Source: Kofleriaceae bacterium (GTDB lineage: Bacteria; Myxococcota_A; Polyangia; Haliangiales; Haliangiaceae). From it: DNA of 64,000 nucleotides. The stretch spans positions 64,001 through 128,000 of the forward strand of contig CBDCCZ010000001.1 of assembly GCA_965215005.1 (NCBI GenBank). The letters run 5' to 3'. The notes under the pieces were generated by a model. That model worked only from the letters and a program-made list of their open reading frames with translations. It did no database searches and was not told the DNA's origin. The first letter of the stretch is position 1. Each line of letters begins with the position of its first letter. Below, one piece after another: positions 56,361 through 64,000 of this stretch. The position numbers were made by a program, and so were the translations under genes.

Positions 56361-56369
56361 CGGGTCCTC

Positions 56370-57083
56370 CTAGTTGGCAACTTCGTTGGTCGAGGCCCAG
56401 ACACCGACGATGTTGCCGCCATCGTTGATGAGAGCGATGTCGAGTTGCAGCACTAGAGCCAGCACGTTGGCACCGGCGAAATCGTCGGTCGCGGGCGAGC
56501 CGTCAGGCTCTGTTTCTAGCTGCGTGAGCAGTGTTGCGGAGGTATTGCCGTCGAGCGCTGGGCATCCGGCTTCATCAAACGTGAGGTTTGGCGCAGCTTC
56601 CATCACGGCCGCCACCGTCGCTTGAAAGCCGCTCAGGTTGAAGAAGAAGGGATCATCGCGCCGGCCGGCGAACACCTTCACGCCCTCGCCCTCGAGTCCC
56701 GTAGCCGCCGATGCGTCGCCCGATGCGATCACCTTGCCATCGAGCCAGCACGTGACCGCCTGTGAGGCGTCGAACTGACAAACGATGAGGTGGTCCTCGG
56801 TCGTCGTCGGCTCGAGCAGCATGTTTTGGCTGCGGATGTGAAACGCGTAAAGCCCCGCATCGGAGAACGACGCGTCGCCGTCAGCAAACGGCGACACCAT
56901 CATGGCGAGGTTCAACCCGTCATCGTTGGTCCACGCGTACAGATCGGTGATGTCATTGGCGGCTTCATCCGTCAATGACGGCGAGTCGAGGTGGTCGGCG
57001 GCACGCAGGGCGCGCTGGCCTCCCACCATCACGAGTGCTGCGGCGAATATCGCCACTCCAGTTGCAATAGTCCACGATCGCAT
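56370..57083 (-). CDS. DUF4331 family protein
   Basis: AADHLDSP, DITDLYAW, VFAGRRDDPFFFNL, DDFAGANVLALVL, VWAST. Confidence 0.9.
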   Translation of the reverse strand: MRSWTIATGVAIFAAALVMVGGQRALRAADHLDSPSLTDEAANDITDLYAWTNDDGLNLAMMVSPFADGDASFSDAGLYAFHIRSQNMLLEPTTTEDHLIVCQFDASQAVTCWLDGKVIASGDASAATGLEGEGVKVFAGRRDDPFFFNLSGFQATVAAVMEAAPNLTFDEAGCPALDGNTSATLLTQLETEPDGSPATDDFAGANVLALVLQLDIALINDGGNIVGVWASTNEVAN

Positions 57084-57119
57084 AACGAAGCTCCCTCCCT
57101 TGGTTTCTGTTCTCGTAGT

Positions 57120-57518
57120 TTACGCTGCGGCGCGTGCAAAGGATCGCTGAAAAGGCACATCTTTGACGCGTGACCACAAGCGCTGGTAGATGCGAGTGTG
57201 CTCCAAGCCAGGCAGTTTGGAGATACGCTTATCCATCTTCGGCGCCACCACGTCGAGAGCGCCCTGCGGAAACACGCACTGTGTCAGGCGCGCGATGTCT
57301 GCGTCCGACTTGACTCCCGAGCCGACAGGCGACCAACGCGACAACAGCCATCGCACCATCGTCTGCGCCGTTGGAGCTCTGGCGAGGCGCTCACGTGCGG
57401 CATTGTAGTACCACGCGAAGTGGCGTCGCTCCTGCTTGGCGATGCGCCTGCAGAGCTCGGCGAGAACTGGATTTGCGGTGTGACATGCGAGAGCTTCGTA
57501 ACCCCTTAGGGTGAGGAG
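57120..57518 (-). pseudogene. 5'-truncated ferritin-like (acyl-ACP desaturase-related) gene
   Basis: Hand translation LLTLRGYEALACHTANPVLAELCRRIAKQERRHFAWY...WSPVGSGVK...RISKLPGL; contains ExxH; in-frame stop shortly upstream and no N-terminal half. Confidence 0.7.
57121..57145 (-). promoter_or_regulatory. Putative ECF sigma promoter (GATCC-N16-CGTA) for the DUF4331 operon
   Basis: Minus strand GATCC tttgcacgcgccgcag CGTA, 37 nt upstream of the ATG at 57083. Confidence 0.55.
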
Positions 57519-57749
57519 CGCTTGCCCCCGCCGGGACCTGGCAAGGAGTATCAGCTGTGGTTTTTACCCAAGCAGCCGAACGCCGCACCGGTCCCCGGCG
57601 CTGTGCTGCGCCTCGAAGATGGAGTTGCCGGCCCGATCACCGTGCCCGCAGAGCTCAACGTCGCCGGCGCTGCGATTTCCATCGAAGATGCCGGAGGTGC
57701 GCAGGTGCCAACCGACATCCGCATGGTGGAGATGTTTGGACCGCTGTAG
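57513..57749 (+). pseudogene. C-terminal fragment of an RskA-type anti-sigma factor
   Basis: ERLPPPGPGKEYQLWFL...PVPGAVL...AAISIEDAGGAQVPT; preceded by in-frame TAG at 57507; no N-terminal or TM part. Confidence 0.75.
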
Positions 57750-57768
57750 CTCGCACAAACTTCTAACT

Positions 57769-59451
57769 TCAACGCTCTTGGTGCGCGAGCGCCTTGTCCC
57801 AGACTGCCGTGATGGCTTTGAGCGTCTCGCGCACCGGCTCCGGGCTCACCTCACCACCGCCGGGTGGCGCCTTGGCCACGACGAATAAACGATCGAGAGC
57901 CATCACGCCACTAGCATCTCGATACGTGGCCGCCCATGCGGTGATGTTGTCATCTGCGTGATTATCCTCGAGCTGATCCGCCACCGCGCGATACGCGAGC
58001 ATGCGAGTGATCAATGCGGTACATACCTGCGCCGAGGCGCTCGCGCCTTGCCAGCTCGCGATGGTTTTCTGCGCCTGCTCGAGCGCAGGGATGGCCGCCG
58101 CTGATTCTGCATCGAGCTGGCAATAGCCGACGACGTTGAGAACGTTGCTGAGGATGCGCATCTCGACGACCAGCGCGAAACGGAGCACCGCGGCAACGGC
58201 TGCGGCGGTGTCAGGGTCGCGTCCGCTGGCGAGCTCTCCGGCGCGATCGCACAGCGTCAAGAGCAGGCGCCGATCTTGTACCAAGAACTCTCTGAGCGAC
58301 GTGCTCGACAGCTCACCAGCCAGCAGCTGCCGCGCAAACGGATGCGCTGCCACGGCACGCCACTCGTCTTCACATCCTTTCGGAGGCCAGCCCTCGCGCG
58401 GGGCGCCTTTCTTGGCCTGTTCGCCTCGCCGCTCGCCATGCGAGACAGGCATGCCGAGGCGCGAGAGAGTACGGGCGCCGCCGGCCGATACCGCGCTGCC
58501 GAGCACGCGAGTCGTTTTCTGCAAAAGCGAAAAAGCGGGGCGCGAGACCGCATGGTCACTCGGCTCGATGGCGCGGCCGCACGCGCGCGCGTAAGCCTGG
58601 GTGAACTCTGCCCCGAGAAACAAGATGAACGAGGAGTAGTAAACCCAAACCAGCAGCACCACCAGTGAGGAAGCGGCGCCGAAAGCCGATCCCACAGCGG
58701 TGCGTCCAATGTAGATAGCAATCAGCTTCTCACCCAGCGCGAACAACACGGCGGTCGCAAACGCACCCACCCAAACGTCCCGCCACGCTACCTTTGCATC
58801 CGGCAGCACGCGAAACAACAACGCGAAGAGCCCGGTGTAGAGGACGAGTGACACCAAGGCGTTGACCAACGCCCAGACCACGTCCGGCCCTGGTATGCCG
58901 CCGTCGAGCCGGTCGACTAGGAAGCTGAGCGCAGCGCTGGCGCAGATCGACAGCGTGAGCAGCAGCCCAATCCCTATCACCACCGAAAGCGACAACAGCC
59001 TCTTGGCAATAAAGTCGCCAATGCTGCTACCGCGCTTGACCTCTACATTCCAGATGCGATTGAGCGCGTCTTGCAGCTGCGCAAATACGACGGTTGCGCC
59101 AAACAGCAGTGCGACGATGCCAACCACCGCTGCCCAGCCACTGCTTTCGACCTCACTGGTCTTGGCAAGTGCCGCAGCCACCGTCTCCGCCGTGTCGGGG
59201 CCGACGATCTTGGATAGCTCGGTCATCAGCGCCTGTTGCGCCGATGCGGAATCCCACACCGCACCGGCGACCGCTACGACGATGACCAGCAGCGGGGCCA
59301 TGGACAACGCGGTGTAAAAGGCAAGCGCTGCACCGAGTCGCATGGCGTCATCAGCAAGAAATCCCGTGAACGCCTGCTTGCTCACGTTCAGGAGTAACCG
59401 GCCGCGCTCTTTGAGCGTTGCGGTCGTCGAGCTCGATCCCTCATTCTGCAT
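57769..59451 (-). CDS. YihY/BrkB membrane protein fused to a TenA-like C-terminal domain
   Basis: GAALAFYTALSMAPLL, QDALNRIW, FGAASSLVVLLVWVYYS..ILFLGAEF; then WRAVAAHPFARQLLAGELS...FLVQD. Confidence 0.85.
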   Translation of the reverse strand: MQNEGSSSTTATLKERGRLLLNVSKQAFTGFLADDAMRLGAALAFYTALSMAPLLVIVVAVAGAVWDSASAQQALMTELSKIVGPDTAETVAAALAKTSEVESSGWAAVVGIVALLFGATVVFAQLQDALNRIWNVEVKRGSSIGDFIAKRLLSLSVVIGIGLLLTLSICASAALSFLVDRLDGGIPGPDVVWALVNALVSLVLYTGLFALLFRVLPDAKVAWRDVWVGAFATAVLFALGEKLIAIYIGRTAVGSAFGAASSLVVLLVWVYYSSFILFLGAEFTQAYARACGRAIEPSDHAVSRPAFSLLQKTTRVLGSAVSAGGARTLSRLGMPVSHGERRGEQAKKGAPREGWPPKGCEDEWRAVAAHPFARQLLAGELSSTSLREFLVQDRRLLLTLCDRAGELASGRDPDTAAAVAAVLRFALVVEMRILSNVLNVVGYCQLDAESAAAIPALEQAQKTIASWQGASASAQVCTALITRMLAYRAVADQLEDNHADDNITAWAATYRDASGVMALDRLFVVAKAPPGGGEVSPEPVRETLKAITAVWDKALAHQER

Positions 59452-59626
59452 GGCGCCCCCGTCTCAGTTGGAAAGGCACCATGAGCTTTGTCGGGCCCAC
59501 GGCACCTGGATCAGGAGGTGTCTGCGCCGCCTGCAACGGCGACCGACCTCTTGGCGGGATATACGCCGGTGCGAGGTCCGTTGCAATCGCTGCGACTCGG
59601 AGTAAGCGCTGCAGCGATTTCTGAAC

Positions 59627-60901
59627 TCAGTGCACGAAGACGTCGTCGATGCGCACCGCGTCCGGACCGTGGTATCGCTGGAGCCGCGCGCTTTCACTGC
59701 TATAACGAGCGCGCGCGAGCAGCTCGAAGACGTTGCCGCGCAGGCCGCCGCCGCGGATGGGGCGTGGCTGGTCATCGTGGAGCCAACCAAAGCCGAGCTC
59801 GGCGGAGAACCCGCCGGTGCGTGGATCGACCTCGAGCCACGCCAAGTCGAGAACCTCGAGCAGCGGCCGCCGCGAACGCCGCCGCTTCGCTGCCGGCTCG
59901 AGGCTGCCAGTGGCAACGACGAGATTGCGCACGCCGCCGTTGGCCGGCTGATCGAGGAGCGCGGCCTCACGTAGCGGCAAGCTCAATCCCGCGACGACGC
60001 CATCTCGCACCAGCTCAAAACGTCGTACCGGCTCGCCGAGCTCACCCATGGGCGCACTGAGAAGCTCGGCCGGTAGGGTGCCATCGCTGGTAACGCTCAG
60101 GCGGTCGCCCGTTACCTCGTGCTCGGCGTAAATCGCTTGTCCGACGCGATACAGACCGAGCCGCCGTCGCGCCAAGGTCGCGCTCGCTTGAGCAACCACC
60201 GCGTCGAGCCATCCAAAGCCAATTTTTTGGCCTACCGCTGGGGGCATCCACGCGGCGTCGACGAGCAGCAGATCGTAACGACCAGGTGTGGTCGTGGTAG
60301 CGGTTGCGCGGGCCGAGAGCTGCTCGCTGAGTTGCGCCGCGTGCTCTTGCACCCGTGCATCGCGTAGGCGCCGGCAACGTATTGCCAGTGGTGCCGTTGC
60401 GTTGCCAGCCATACGAGCCCAGAGCTGCAGCTCACTCGCTCGATAGCTGCTTGTAAAGCCACTGCTGCTGGCGATGCGCGTGGTCGTGGTTGTGATTCGT
60501 GCGGCCGGCGTTGCCGCGTTGGGCACCGCCGCCAGCACGTTGAAGAGGTCCGTTGCGGCAGGCAGCAGCTCGTTATCGAACGCAGGGTCGAACACCTCGA
60601 CGCGCGCGGGTGCGGCAGGCGGTGGTAGCCGCCACGACGGCCCAACCGCGTTCGCCGCTCGCCGCGACGTCGATCCCACGAGCGCCGCAGGATCGATGGC
60701 ATCGGTAGGCTCAATGGTCACGGTCGCCGCACCGCGTCCGCCGCGAACGTCGCGCCACAGGACTAGCTCGAGCTCACCGGCGTCACCGCTGCGATGGACA
60801 GCGCCGGTAACCTCGGCAAACTGCCGACGCACTTCCCGCACCACCCACTCGTCGACCAAGGGCGCGTACTGGAGCGCACGCACTAGGTCTTCGAGCCTCA
60901 T
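59627..60901 (-). CDS. PmbA/TldE-like protein
   Basis: TldD/PmbA C-terminal features (SAP..ELGEPVRRFELVRDGV, RNLVVATG, TGGFS..GNVFELL); ATGA-coupled to the upstream tldD-like gene. Confidence 0.78.
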   Translation of the reverse strand: MRLEDLVRALQYAPLVDEWVVREVRRQFAEVTGAVHRSGDAGELELVLWRDVRGGRGAATVTIEPTDAIDPAALVGSTSRRAANAVGPSWRLPPPAAPARVEVFDPAFDNELLPAATDLFNVLAAVPNAATPAARITTTTTRIASSSGFTSSYRASELQLWARMAGNATAPLAIRCRRLRDARVQEHAAQLSEQLSARATATTTTPGRYDLLLVDAAWMPPAVGQKIGFGWLDAVVAQASATLARRRLGLYRVGQAIYAEHEVTGDRLSVTSDGTLPAELLSAPMGELGEPVRRFELVRDGVVAGLSLPLREAALLDQPANGGVRNLVVATGSLEPAAKRRRSRRPLLEVLDLAWLEVDPRTGGFSAELGFGWLHDDQPRPIRGGGLRGNVFELLARARYSSESARLQRYHGPDAVRIDDVFVH

Positions 60902-62376
60902 CCTATGACCTCGCCACGGCCGTGTAGCGCCGGAGCGGTGACCGAGATCGCCACGTCGCCCGCTTGGTGCTCGCAGCGCGACGCGAATCGCTCGAGCTCG
61001 CGCCCCACGCCGGTGACCGACTGCAGGAATTCGGGAACCACGCCGCGAAAACCGACATTCCCGTACAGTCGACCCGACAGGCGACCATGGCGAATTTCGC
61101 GAGCCTGCGCCGCTTGCAGGCCAAAGCGCCAACTCATGTCGTCGCAGCGGGCGCCGCGTGCTCCTTGCAAGAGGAACCCGCTCTCGACTCCGGCGATTAG
61201 CCCCTCGAGATCGGATTCGCCGGGATCGAGTATGAGGTTACTGATTCGCGGGGCGACTGCGTGAGCGGCTCCGGCGCGCCGGCCATTGCCGCTTCGCTGC
61301 ATGGTGAGCGCTGCCGCCGTGGCCTCATCGGTCAGCGGCTGCGCCAGATTTCCAGCTTCGATGATGGGAGTGGATTGCGCCGGCCAGCCCTCGTCGTCAA
61401 AGAAGTACGAGCCAAAGCCGCCGCTCGTGGGGTCGTCGCGGACGCTGATGCTGGGAGCGGCAATGCGTTGACCAAGCAACGCCGCAGCGCGATTTCCGGG
61501 CGCGAGCCAGCGGCTAGCCTCGCACGGCACGCCGATGCAGCGATGGGTAAACGCGGCAACGAGTGACGGAGCGAGAATGACATCGGTCGCGCCGGTCTGC
61601 ACCGCTTGCGGAGCGGCCAGCGCCAAGGCATCGCTAGCGGCGCGTTGCAGCGCCGCGTCGGGTATCGCCAGCACTTCGAGCCCGGCGCTTGCCCCCAATG
61701 CCGCTTCTTCGAATACCGGCGCGCGCTCGAGCTTGGCGAGCATCAGCACGCCAGCGCGACTGCGAACGACCCGCTGCAGGCGATCGATGCTCGGGCTGAT
61801 GAAGAGCAGGTCGCTGTCGACGAAGGCGAGATAGGCGCCGCGATAGAGAATGCGGCTACTGCCGAATCGACGCGCTCTAACCGACAACGCTTCGAGATCC
61901 TCTAGCCACGCGCTAGGGGTGCTAGAACGCGGATCGCGCTCTAGAGTGGCTTCGTGATCGCTGCGAGCTTGTTCGAGCGGCGGTCCAGGTTCGCCACTAC
62001 CGGCGTCAGCTTGCAGCGCAAATGCCGCACGGTGCAGGCCATCGGAGGTGAGCTCGGTGGTCGCGCGTTCGAAACGACCTGCGGGCGTGGTGACCGACAA
62101 CACGACCTCGCGCTCGAACCAGCGGCTGGCGGCGCGCTCGCTGTCGTCCAGAGAGGCGACGCCGACGCGGCGGATCGCGGCCCAGGCGGAAGCGTGTTGA
62201 TAGCGCCCGCTCAAAACTCCGATCAACGCGCGCAGATCCTCGCGCACCGCCTCGATCGGCCGCGGCTCGCGGCGAAAGAAGCCATCAAAGGATGCAAAGC
62301 GGCTGGTACAGGCCGCTGCCATGGGGCTCAACGCGCAGGCACCCAAGGCTTGAAGTGCTCGTCTGCGGGTCCACAC
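60898..62376 (-). CDS. TldD-like protein with Tat/lipoprotein signal and degenerate metal motif
   Basis: MWTRRRAL...AAAC; VRDDPT..GFGSYFFDDEG, IIEAG.L, SGNGRR, PRISNLILDPG; HRCIGV in place of HExxGH. Confidence 0.85.
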   Translation of the reverse strand: MWTRRRALQALGACALSPMAAACTSRFASFDGFFRREPRPIEAVREDLRALIGVLSGRYQHASAWAAIRRVGVASLDDSERAASRWFEREVVLSVTTPAGRFERATTELTSDGLHRAAFALQADAGSGEPGPPLEQARSDHEATLERDPRSSTPSAWLEDLEALSVRARRFGSSRILYRGAYLAFVDSDLLFISPSIDRLQRVVRSRAGVLMLAKLERAPVFEEAALGASAGLEVLAIPDAALQRAASDALALAAPQAVQTGATDVILAPSLVAAFTHRCIGVPCEASRWLAPGNRAAALLGQRIAAPSISVRDDPTSGGFGSYFFDDEGWPAQSTPIIEAGNLAQPLTDEATAAALTMQRSGNGRRAGAAHAVAPRISNLILDPGESDLEGLIAGVESGFLLQGARGARCDDMSWRFGLQAAQAREIRHGRLSGRLYGNVGFRGVVPEFLQSVTGVGRELERFASRCEHQAGDVAISVTAPALHGRGEVIG

Positions 62377-62400
62377 GCGGCATCACTCTAGCGGCGAGCG

Positions 62401-63369
62401 CTACAAGGTGCCAACGCCAGAGGCGTGCACACCGACCGTGACCGTAGGAATATGCGCAGGACGCGGGACCTGCGCGGGCGGCAAGGTCTCGCCGCTGGTC
62501 ATCCACTGCGCCGTGCGATTGAAATCGCCATAGCGTGTGAGGCGGCCGTTGCTCACCCCGAGAAAGACGATATAGACCTCGCGACCGAAAAACTCGACTG
62601 CCACGATGAGACAATACCCAGCGGCATCGGTGTAGCCGGTCTTGCCGCCGATGACGTGCCACTGGCTGGAATGCAGGGCTCGGTTGGTGTTGCGGTAGTG
62701 GATGGGCCGCGGTCGAGCGCTGTTGGTCGCGTAGATGCTCGCGACCTCGAGGCCGAGGAGCTCTCGCAACACCGGGTCGGCCATCGCAATTTGTAGCGCC
62801 TTGGCCATCTCGCGCGCGGTGGAGACGTTTCCGCGCAATCCGTTGGGGCTGGTGAAGTGGGTATCGATGAGCCCGAGCTCGAGCGCGAGATCGTTCATAG
62901 CCTCGATCAGCGCTTGGGCGTCGAGACCAACAGCGCGCCCCAAGGCGGTGCAGGCGCGATTGTCAGAGGCGATGAGCATGGCGGTGAGGAGGTCGCGGTT
63001 GCGGTACGCGTGGCCGAGCTGCAACTTGGTGCGGGCACCGCCGCGGGCGAAGCTGTGGTCAATGCGATTGACTTCGGTCGAAGCCTCGAGGTCGATGCCG
63101 CGCTTGCGTACCACCATTGCCACGAAGATCTTGCCAGTAGAGGCAATGTGACGTGCAGCGTCTGGGTCCTTGGCGTAGTAGATGCCGCCGGTGGCGCCGT
63201 CGAGGGCGATAGCGGAGGCCGCCTGAATGTTTGGCAAGCCATCGCTGGTCAGCGACGGAAAGGATGGCTCCGAGGGCTGCCTGCGGCGGCGTTTGCGAGC
63301 GTCGGCTGAGGCGCCGAGGAGCGCGACTACGCCGAGGACGACCAGGAGCAGCGAGAGCCGGCGAGCCAT
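62401..63369 (-). CDS. D-alanyl-D-alanine carboxypeptidase/endopeptidase (peptidase S11, PBP7-like)
   Basis: ASTGK (SxxK), SDN, KTGYT; signal peptide. Confidence 0.92.
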   Translation of the reverse strand: MARRLSLLLVVLGVVALLGASADARKRRRRQPSEPSFPSLTSDGLPNIQAASAIALDGATGGIYYAKDPDAARHIASTGKIFVAMVVRKRGIDLEASTEVNRIDHSFARGGARTKLQLGHAYRNRDLLTAMLIASDNRACTALGRAVGLDAQALIEAMNDLALELGLIDTHFTSPNGLRGNVSTAREMAKALQIAMADPVLRELLGLEVASIYATNSARPRPIHYRNTNRALHSSQWHVIGGKTGYTDAAGYCLIVAVEFFGREVYIVFLGVSNGRLTRYGDFNRTAQWMTSGETLPPAQVPRPAHIPTVTVGVHASGVGTL

Positions 63370-63699
63370 GAGCTATCATTAAAGGGGCAGGTGGCGGCGG
63401 CCGTCAATGAAGGACATTCGGCTACCTGCCGGCAAATGCCGTTCTTTGCCGATCAACAGTCTTGCGGCTCGGCGGCGCGGGCGTCAGGCTGCTCGGTGTC
63501 TATCCCGCGAGCAACGGCCTCGGTATGTGTGGTGAAATTGAGCTTCCAGTGCGATTGATACACGATCATGCGATGACGCGGGCATTGCCGCCCAGCGCCG
63601 CCTATCCTTTGGGCGGCTCATGCGTATGATCGATGGTGTTTGCGGGGGCGCGGCGGAGCTGATTACCGCGAAAGCCCGTGCACTGGGGGAGATGTAGTG

Positions 63700-64000
63700 A
63701 TGGAGCAACCGGCGCCCGCAGATAGGCTCATTGGCCAAACCGTCGGCAATTATCGCGTCGTGAGCAAGCTCGGCGAAGGCGGCATGGGCGCGGTGTATCT
63801 GGCGGAGCATCCGCTCATTGGCAAGAAGGTGGCCGTTAAGGTGCTACATGCCGAGCTCACCGCCAACCAGGAGCTCACCGAGCGCTTTCTGCAGGAAGCC
63901 AAAGCCGTCAACGACATTCGTCACCGCAACATCGTCGACATCGTCGACTACGGCGTCACCGCGCACGGCGGCCAGCGGATGGTGTACTTCATCATGGAGC
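63700..64000 (+). CDS. Ser/Thr protein kinase, 5' part; runs off the window edge
   Basis: Hand translation MEQPAPADRLIGQTVGNYRVVSKLGEGGMGAVYLAEHPLIGKKVAVKVLH...RFLQEAKAVNDIRHRNIV. Confidence 0.92.
   Translation, partial: MEQPAPADRLIGQTVGNYRVVSKLGEGGMGAVYLAEHPLIGKKVAVKVLHAELTANQELTERFLQEAKAVNDIRHRNIVDIVDYGVTAHGGQRMVYFIME

Noticed and set aside
57198..57509. Plus-strand ORF in frame with the RskA fragment, suggesting TAG read-through
   Set aside because: It is the antisense shadow of the ferritin-like fragment and does not resemble an RskA N-terminus.
59452..59626. Sigma54 site upstream of the yihY fusion
   Set aside because: Only a weak GG-N10-GC match (TGGGCCCGACAAAGCT), expected by chance at this GC content.

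Overview
High-GC bacterial chromosome segment. The gene content points to a myxobacterium (Myxococcota, Haliangium/Kofleria-like): MYXO-CTERM signal, PEGA proteins, Ser/Thr kinases, an FHA-sigma54 activator and Cys-rich lipoproteins. It holds about 50 CDS, including sdhCAB, a fadN-thiolase pair, a KamA-family radical SAM enzyme, a fused aconitase-family dehydratase, a Mo-oxidoreductase with a truncated globin, a DUF1549/DUF1501 pair, a DUF4331 cluster, TldD/PmbA and two MscS channels. There are three tRNAs (Arg-UCG, Lys-CUU, Leu-UAG; none encodes CCA), an ISAzo13-type transposase remnant and a back-to-back pair of 5'-truncated genes. No CRISPR array or rRNA was seen. Most notable: (1) about nine sigma54 -24/-12 sites in front of general-stress-type genes in two clusters; (2) a ~1330-aa candidate polyprotein with an internal MYXO-CTERM directly followed by a second lipoprotein signal; (3) a Tat/lipoprotein-signal TldD with a degenerate HExxxH; (4) a YihY-TenA fusion; (5) a deletion or misassembly scar that probably removed an ECF sigma factor. 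All family calls come from reading motifs by eye; no database searches were run.
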